Under the pieces are notes generated by a model. That model had not been told where the DNA came from. It ran no database searches and saw only the letters and a list, made by a program, of their open reading frames with translations. The position numbers and the translations under genes are program-made. This document shows positions 57,601-64,000 of a stretch of 64,000 nt of DNA, piece by piece. Source of the stretch: Minutocellus sp. GHC0000111 (Eukaryota); NCBI GenBank assembly GCA_977018835.1, contig OZ361257.1:4216001-4280000 (forward strand), in the 5' to 3' direction. How positions within the stretch are numbered: position 1 is the first letter of the stretch; each line of letters starts with the position of its first letter.

Positions 57601-58907
57601 ATAACATTGATCTTGACGCCTACCCTCTCCTCGCAAATGCTCGTATTTGGCGCACTACGGTGAAGCCTGGAGAAATTCTTCTCATGCCACAGGGCACCTA
57701 CCATCAATGCCGCAACGTAAAGTCTTGCCTCTCTTACAGCCGATTCCATCTCGACGAGGTGAATCTTCCAGCCTTTTTGCAAAGCTTGTTCGATGGGGAT
57801 GCGACCGAGCTTCTGCACGATGAGGTCATCTGGAACGCGGTCGAAGCACTAATGAAGAAGGTGGACAAAGTCACCGATGCCGGCCAAGATCAGGTGAAGA
57901 ATGCCATAAAAGAAGGGAAAGTCGCCCCACTCACCTCGGACGATATGCGGGTGAGCGAGGACATTTGCAAGGCAATTAATGCCCTCCGATCACTCCGTCA
58001 TGTTGCTCGTGAGATTGCACGTAAGCTCGACCTCCGGGAAACCGTAAAGGGTGTTTGTGCTGACGAAATGCCCGGGCCGTCATCCGGCTCTAGCAGAATC
58101 GAAGGTGGAAAAGAGACCTGGTTTGCAATGGTAGAAGATATTGACTATTGTTTGCATGAATTTTGTTATCGCTTCTCCAAGGAGGTTCCGCCTCTTTCAT
58201 TCAGCAGGCCAAGGGGAAAGAAACGCTTTGCTTTGCCATCGACACTGATGAAGTCCAAACGTGACGATGCCGCGAACATCACAGTGTACAATGGATACCA
58301 ACGAGTTGATAATGCCGAAGATGGAAGTCCAATATTGGCCTTCTCCACAGACATTGAGAGAGGATACATTTTGCTTTCAAAGGCCCCGGCACAAATGACG
58401 GAGGAAGAGCGACGGCAGATGAACAACAAGATTGCAAATCTTTCCATCGGCGAGACAATTATGGTCAGAGTCAAGAACAAAATGTGTGACGCGACTGTGA
58501 TGGAGATTCGCAAGCATGAACATGCTGCATACATCAGCTACGAAGCCTACCCGGGTCTCTACGATGAATATCTACCATCAAATCTCTTGCGTGAACCCAT
58601 CGGCGGCAAAGTAGAGGTACCGCTGGCAGAGCTAAAGCCGGGAAAAGTCGTAATAGGCCTTGTGGGTGACAAGAGGGAAGAGTACAGAGGGACCGTCAAG
58701 TCAACAAAATCCGGACTTTTGATTCGAGCCAAGCTCAACTTTCGAGCTGGCATTTTTGTCGAGCGTTGGATTGATTCTGATGCGATTGTCGGGGTAGGCG
58801 CAATTCAGAGAGGAAGAAAGAGAAAAGCATCTATAAGTGATGAAGAGGGGAGCTCCACTAAAGCCGATGACAGTGACGAAGATTGCGAGTCGGTCCAAAA
58901 GAACTAA
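54624..58907 (+). CDS. Chromatin-associated JmjC protein with Zn fingers, MBD, PDZ and Tudor/chromo-barrel domains
   Basis: MBD: GW....PR..DKYWFSP..RFRSR.EIERFL. ZnF: WICDNC..RCKC. PDZ: KPMGITL..AIKAGSPA..GKVK.DDVLLAVNG. JmjC: SRMHKD..GTYHQCRN. Tudor-like: YISYEAYPGLYDEYLP. The start could be ATG 54543. Confidence 0.88.
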   Translation: MDSNPSNGKEQVASMASGDIASERQGMAQDVPATNARPGSQEGVEGNPNSAGTANANAASTNDRRDTPMSPRGDLDAAVTSFVKHGSFDISRNGEGGTSNAENDSGDEKPAHDGSRNQRDDSREGNDTTKGTPDNSAVPKMDGSRAIQSSAPAAAKPKWTFPGDGNPRQSDRLTANNKPACAYDVCPKQSQGHRLNFMCMAHFKSITGGKMITPVSKTAYDPNKVIPAEDVGKGWTVLEVPRIKAKKTNGEKTVDKYWFSPVKHHRFRSRVEIERFLKALEEVEDGDEDAAWELFRRGGKKDSRSAKGNGDDDDRCHDSDSSSDEDDTSHWICDNCGAEVPGSLSRCKCYRWRNGIHPMKKKKFRRQREQARAERSGDDNEDLNGGYWDKDEGNGGDAEKVPGATTTRSGRKSGRRKTLADEQAKAAEAPTKKRQRCAKTAAAGKEGAISATSPGKGGATATKTSRAASPTPAKARKRVKSSAKARRDLRKRDAAEEEEVAAEEGKVSDSFHATMLRAVNEAPNPYAQALAAAAFDASGGDAWLREHMAKQAVRTNINLKVLGMAPISPAKILSAKDDSVKDVLEEIVSAVEARDLAVNLPPESVLVSLSKPMGITLAQMGGGGVQVSAIKAGSPADISGKVKLDDVLLAVNGKYVRRKDFRDILDVIGKTGPSVDMLFSSKEEQKEQPNHAITPETSIPIVSEKNNLVDDTNAAMKIENEVPPDTPAEPLVEDPHWDWDEAKQISYRQVLRISVEDPHAKQLVTDARISGIPVVLTDHIGWAGFAARWLRRKDTEEALDACGDEEEKKSDGGRETTNTETIDGKDLDLSDPSLFLDVEVMAEDIGEQEVPVIKKSYDDTDPIAGKIPLRLFLRESWPSRTSKTAHNQTLYLHQWQFPLNEVAGRKLCHQSEPLPNSIFGEDLHKYWLDRVPNDCPLQYLFMGNEECMSRMHKDPGGLAITIAPIVGEKECVLVHRDDGNTCLYHLEASVDPDNIDLDAYPLLANARIWRTTVKPGEILLMPQGTYHQCRNVKSCLSYSRFHLDEVNLPAFLQSLFDGDATELLHDEVIWNAVEALMKKVDKVTDAGQDQVKNAIKEGKVAPLTSDDMRVSEDICKAINALRSLRHVAREIARKLDLRETVKGVCADEMPGPSSGSSRIEGGKETWFAMVEDIDYCLHEFCYRFSKEVPPLSFSRPRGKKRFALPSTLMKSKRDDAANITVYNGYQRVDNAEDGSPILAFSTDIERGYILLSKAPAQMTEEERRQMNNKIANLSIGETIMVRVKNKMCDATVMEIRKHEHAAYISYEAYPGLYDEYLPSNLLREPIGGKVEVPLAELKPGKVVIGLVGDKREEYRGTVKSTKSGLLIRAKLNFRAGIFVERWIDSDAIVGVGAIQRGRKRKASISDEEGSSTKADDSDEDCESVQKN

Positions 58908-59004
58908 CGACTATTGCTACTTACGAATCGTAGCAATTTAACAAAAGAAAATGGCATCCTAATAAGCTATCGCAATAGGATTTTATCACATGAAATTAGA
59001 GTTA

Positions 59005-60898
59005 CTATTTCGCCGATTTGCTTTTGCTTCGCTTCTTCTTGTCGGAGCTACTGCCCTCGTATTTTGGTGATGTCCTGCGGTTGACCATCTCACGCATGAC
59101 CTTGTAAGGTGCCATTCGGCCCGTCCAAAGCTCAAACTGACCAACGCCCTGCTCCCAAAGGATTTCCGATCCTCGCACCACATCAAGGCCAGCCTCCTCG
59201 GCCTGCGATATGAGCTTGGTCCAGTAGGGAATGTAGCTTACATCATAAACAATGGGCTTGTTCGATGGAGGCGACAGTGCCCCTGCTTCATTGCCTTCTT
59301 CGTCCTCGGCGTCCTTGATGAGCCACTGAGGAAGGACGAATTCGGCGGCCGGGGGGATGGCGCAAATAACGACTCGGACCTCAGCATCCATATCACGAAG
59401 AGCACTCTTCAGTCCACCCTCGAGATCGTATACCACGCGTCCACTAAAGGTATCGGCCACCTCCGCCGGCAGTTCTCACTGTGAATACAATGGGCATGGC
59501 ATCATCAATTACCTCCAACCCAACCAAAGGTAACGCTGGCGCCCGCACGACTTGCGGTTGACACAACCTCCTCAACACCTGGACGGAGTGCAAGATCTCA
59601 AACCGATCGGTGCGCTTGCCGAGCAAATCGGCCCGAAATTCCATGGCATCCACGTCCAAACACATGGCCTGCACGTACGGTTCCACGTCCCACATGTCGG
59701 GAAACACAATGCTCAGAAAGAACGTGTTGTACCCAATCGTCAGCTCGGCGTTCTGTCCCACCACGGCCTGCTTGACGGAGGAGGGTGCCCCCGGCTTGGG
59801 CGGGGGGAGGATGGCCCGGGCGACGAGGCGGGTCAATTCCCACTCAACCCCCGACCACGCCGTCGACTGCTTGGTGGTCAGATCGGCCAGCTGGGTGAAC
59901 TGGTCGGGCGTCGAGATGGTCCGGAGGGTGGTTTCGGCGGTGCAGTCGTCGGCAACTTCGGCACTCTTTCCATCTTCCTCGTTGTCGTCCTCCTCCTCTT
60001 CGTCATCGTCACAACCGGCACCAGTCCGCGCCAATACCGTCATGGCATCCAACCCCTCGTCCTTGACGCAGATCTCATAATCCGAATATTTAATCAACAC
60101 CTCCTCCTCCAACTCTTCTCGTCGCTTCACCGCCTCCTTGGACAACACACCGTGGACGGGATGGACGTTGACGTACACGCACAGCAACCCCATGTCCTCA
60201 TACAGCGTTTTCGCGAGGTGGGTCAACCGCTGGGTCAGCGTGGTCGATTCCGTCGTGGAGAATCTGCTGAGTGGATTGAACGCCGGATGGCCAAAGTCCA
60301 CCACGATGACGGAACTGCGGGTGAGCACACCCTGGGCGATTTGTTCTTCAATGAGCTCGGGGGTGAGGGTCACCGCACCACCTGCACTACTACCGGAAGT
60401 TGCACTGGAGCCGAGGGTGGGGAGTACCGCACCGTTGACGCTGGAAGCGGCCGAGGCCGATCCCCCGGCGGTGGTGAGGGTGGTCACCAGCGATTCGGCC
60501 AGGCGGTTCAGCTCGTTGCCCGGACCGGAGGTTCCGAGGAGGACGATGGGTTTGTCGTACGATCCGGATTGGAACTTGCCGGTGGGCAGATCGTCGGCGG
60601 TGGCGGTGGGGGTGTCTTTTTCGTTGGCTGCGAATAGAGAGGACATGGTGGCGCGGATGTTCGACGCGCCGACACGTCTATTATTGCCCTTGATATTCCT
60701 AGCTCCACAGCGACTCAATAGATTGGATCCCTCCGATCGTTTCTTGCTGTTGGCAGGCGAGCCGTTGCCATCCTTTGGCACTGCTGGCCTCACCGACGAA
60801 GGTGTCAATGTCTGAGGAGGCGTCACCCAAGCATCGACATGAGATGTGCTGCAAATAATTAGCAGGGAAAGACCAAGAGCGGCTGCCGATCGAGCCAT
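59005..60898 (-). pseudogene. Shikimate-pathway multifunctional gene (type I DHQase / shikimate dehydrogenase) with a large internal deletion
   Basis: Signal (..VDAWV); DHQase start TFFLS..DAMEFRADLL..PIVFTVRT, then at ~59465 an abrupt out-of-frame join to the SDH C-terminus (VYDVSYIP..GSEILWEQGVGQFELWTGR.AP). Confidence 0.85.
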
Positions 60899-61111
60899 CG
60901 TTTCAATTACGTAGCGGCAAGCCCAACCCTTTAGTTATCCCCCGATAGTTTCAATGCGGTCTATTATGAATGCCTCGTTTGCTTTTTTGGATACCGGCGT
61001 ATCTCTGGGGGCATGCGGCCTTCAACACAACTTGTGTGAAAAAAAATCGGCGGCTCCGAGAGCGAGGGTCCTTTCCGCCGTCCGCGCCTCCCAACACCCA
61101 GCCAGAATTCA

Positions 61112-62482
61112 GAGGCGGTCCAAACAAGAGAGTTTTTGGGGGAAGCGCGAATTTGAGGCAAGTAGGTAATGGTTTTGTGTACTTCAAGACGTTGATCAAC
61201 TTCGAGATGTTTTTCCAAAAGCACCCGGAGGTCTTCGATGAAATGCCGTTCGCTCCAAGGTCGACAAACGTCTTTGAGAGGGGCGGAGAAAGAGCCAAGC
61301 TCCTCTTTCCGCAGTGAAAATGGGCGGTATCGATCGGAGTCCGCCCATCACGCTCTCCTTCACAATGTTGAGCCATTTTTTTCAGGCCCATCCCGCATCT
61401 GGCTTTGTATCCTTGCCCGGCCTTCTGTGCACCGTATCTTGTGCGTCTGCTACCAGAGGCCGCCGCCGTCATGGCAAACACGCGGACAGAGGCGTCAGAG
61501 GCGGCCGCCGCTTCCGCTTCCGCAGCAGCGGGCGGTGCTACCGCCGCATCCGATGCCGACGAGGATGGTTTGACCATCCTTTCATTCAACTATTCAGTCA
61601 ACAAGTTTGAACCTGTCCGATGTAGCATGTGCTCTACTTCTACCCTCACTGAGAACATCTGCCGCTTCATCGTGCCACAAAGTACTGTTGCTTACCGCCC
61701 AGGCCCCCATCACCTCGACCGCCGTGAGTAAGGATGAGATCGTACACGGCCGCGCCGGCGAAGTATCGTATGGCGCAACTTAGCCGAAGCTTGGTTGACA
61801 CCAAACCGTTGGGAGCGAATTGACCCTCAGTGGTATCGCCAGCCTTTCGAGAACTGAACTTTGCAGCAACATCAGCCTCGAGAACATCATGGAGTTGGTA
61901 GAAGACATGGGGGTCCATTCGCAATGCCTTTCTTGCGCTGACGCCGAGCTCGAGAATCGTCTTCTCAACGCTTTTCCGAACTCTTGGTATGTTTTTACAA
62001 CCAAGTTTCGAACCGAGATGTTCCATTTCTTCCTCATCAAGAACGATTACAAGCGTTGCAAGATGAGAGAATCGATCATTTCGTCTATCACGAGCAAATG
62101 AGGTACGACCACGTCGAGAACGAGGAGGTCTCGCCATCGTTGGCACAACTAGATCTACACGTAGCGGACGGGCAAACGTGTTGTGCTGACTGCTCGAACA
62201 CGAGAATAGTGGCTGATTGTTGCGCATCTTGCTTCAAAATATAACTAGGAGTATATATTTTATCATACTATCTATCTGGTACATGCATCCAACGCCTGGC
62301 ATCATCGTCTCCGCGATCGGTTTGCCCAGTGTCTGGCCAAGCACTTCGTTTTTTATCCTTGCCTCTTTTTCGTTTCGGCCTCGATCGCTTTGGACGGGCT
62401 TTTCTCTCTCGAATTTCCAAGGAAGTTTTCTGACGTGGCTGTTTTTCGCTTCCCTCAAAAACTCTCTTGTTTGGACTGCCTC
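61112..62482 (-). mobile_element. Internally deleted PIF/Harbinger DNA transposon
   Basis: 36-bp TIRs (61112-61147 and 62447-62482, 2 mismatches) and 3-bp TSD TCA on both sides. Transposase N-terminus at 62137-~61720 (ALRMD..F..L, KLRLSCAIRYFAG..YDL); convergent second ORF from 61471. Confidence 0.92.
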
Positions 62483-62874
62483 TCATTTGTGGAAAGAGAG
62501 CGAAAGCAAAGAGAGAGGAAGGATAGGAGGACAAGGAATTAGCTCTGGCCATCTAATCCTCCTTCACACAGCACGTCGCTCGCGTTGACAGATTACCACC
62601 ACTCTGGTCTCGCTGCCCATATCGGCAGTGCGTAGTCCATATATATCCACGGTCGCATCTATTTCGTTTTGCGTCGAGTCTGAACTGTAACAAAAAACAG
62701 ACAAGACCAACCGACCAACCAACCAACTTGGAGAAGAGGACAAGGTCAGCCAGAGCGTAGCTAGCTAAAAGGGTGCTCGTGCAGGGGCCAGCCCAGAGGG
62801 AATTTCACGAGACCAAGCAGCTGCATTGCACCTTTGGCGGTTCGAGAGGCAAAGCGCAGTATTAATAATAAGCC

Positions 62875-63234
62875 ATGGCCCTCTCTCCGCAAACCTCCCG
62901 GGCCTTCAAGCTCCTGACCATCGCCGCCACGACCGCCACCGGATTTCACTGCGTCTTCCGCACCGACTACGGCGATGAGGAGCACTGCTTCTCCGACCTG
63001 CAGCGGTGGTACAACGCCAAGATTGATTCGATGATGGGGATCGATACCAAGTACGTCGAGGCGGAGCGCATAGAGAGGTTGGAGGCGCAACGGAAAAGGG
63101 AGGAGGAGCTCAGGGCACGGGTGCAGGGCGCGGCACGACGGTTGGGGGAGGAACTCGACGATCGGCCCGGGGGACGAGGTAGAAAGCACGGAGGGCAGAG
63201 TTTAACGGAAGAGGTGGTGGTCAGGGAGCGATGA
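62875..63234 (+). CDS. Small putative membrane protein of unknown function
   Basis: ATG-initiated ORF with coding-like codon usage, a hydrophobic segment, DYGDEEHCFSDLQRWY and a charged coiled-coil-like tail. Confidence 0.65.
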   Translation: MALSPQTSRAFKLLTIAATTATGFHCVFRTDYGDEEHCFSDLQRWYNAKIDSMMGIDTKYVEAERIERLEAQRKREEELRARVQGAARRLGEELDDRPGGRGRKHGGQSLTEEVVVRER

Positions 63235-63450
63235 TGGTGGTGGTTGTACACGTATATACCATGGTGCAAGGACCCGAGTAACGAGAGACGAGATATTTCC
63301 CTGCCGCCTACACCAAACGTGATATAATAGAACATGAATACAGAAGCGCTAAATTAAACATATGTATACTTGATCGAAGCAAGGCCGTTGTGCTGGTGTC
63401 AAAAACGTTTTCTCCGAGTTGATGACCTGTGTTGTTTTCTGAGCTCGTCA

Positions 63451-63864
63451 CTACAAAGAATCAACCTCGGCTGCTGGGTACTGCGAGAACGACGACGCCG
63501 AGTAAGTGCCGTTGGCCATCTCCACAATCTCCACCGACGAATCGTTGATGGGCACCACAATTCCGTCCTCCTCCGCCAACTCTCTCCCATTGGCATTCCT
63601 ATTCCTTTTGTTTCGATCGAGCAGCTCCTCGTCCTCCAACAATAGGGGAACAGCACGTGGATCGCAGCTTGAAATGAAGGCGCCGCGGCTGAACAGGCAG
63701 GTAAAGGCCGGGTTGCCCGTTGCCGCCAGCTTTTTCATCAAAATTGTGCCGCAGTTGTTGTCGACGGGGACGACGGGTTCGATGACGTTGCTGTTGGAGA
63801 CAGACGTTTGTTGTTGGAGGAACCGTCCGTCCTTGTTCTTGATGCGCTTCCTCCGTCCGCGCAT
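63451..63864 (-). CDS. 3' part of a hypothetical gene that probably starts further right or beyond the window
   Basis: Protein-like frame with RFLQ/REL motifs, preceded by an acceptor-like CCACAG. Confidence 0.35.
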   Translation of the reverse strand: MRGRRKRIKNKDGRFLQQQTSVSNSNVIEPVVPVDNNCGTILMKKLAATGNPAFTCLFSRGAFISSCDPRAVPLLLEDEELLDRNKRNRNANGRELAEEDGIVVPINDSSVEIVEMANGTYSASSFSQYPAAEVDSL

Positions 63865-64000
63865 CTGTGGTTGTAGGTATTGGCATGTAGAAAGGTTGAT
63901 TGTTTGGGCCAAGATATGTGAGTCAAAGTAGATATGCCCAAGGTATACCGATGTTGAGCAAGAACAGCACAGAAAGCAAAGCAAAGCCAAAGAATCAGCA

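Noticed and set aside
59552..60815. Long plus-strand ORFs (361 and 225 aa)
   Set aside because: Antisense to the shikimate-pathway gene.

Overview
Eukaryotic nuclear DNA with short GT-AG introns, most likely from a centric or mediophyte diatom. This rests on a CoDi-type copia element, a SIG1-like mastigoneme gene and bipartite plastid presequences; the taxon is an inference. Positions ~1.9-14.8 kb are a transposon nest: a full-length Ty1/copia element (196-bp LTRs, CGCCC target-site duplication), a Chapaev/Transib-like transposase remnant and a mariner-like DD38D transposase, lying between two head-to-head AP2-family paralogues. A second DD38D element (~40.8-44.3 kb) and an internally deleted PIF/Harbinger element (61.1-62.5 kb) lie among host genes. 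Apparently intact host genes include an aldo-keto reductase, lipase 3, a sulfotransferase, SIG1-like, a CDF transporter, F-box/LRR, PhyH-like, GNAT and an MBD-PDZ-JmjC-Tudor protein. About a dozen others carry nonsense codons, frameshifts or large deletions. Most notable observations: (1) transposon DNA shows systematic TpA->CpA/TpG change, the reverse of fungal RIP, which converts conserved Tyr codons to His/Cys in both a retroelement and a DNA transposon; (2) the copia element has no tRNA-type primer-binding site, but that position is complementary to its own LTR, as in Tf1-like self-priming; (3) the copia pol carries a Tudor-like domain after integrase; (4) one mariner-like element appears to carry a second, convergent ORF. 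All counts and alignments were done by eye.
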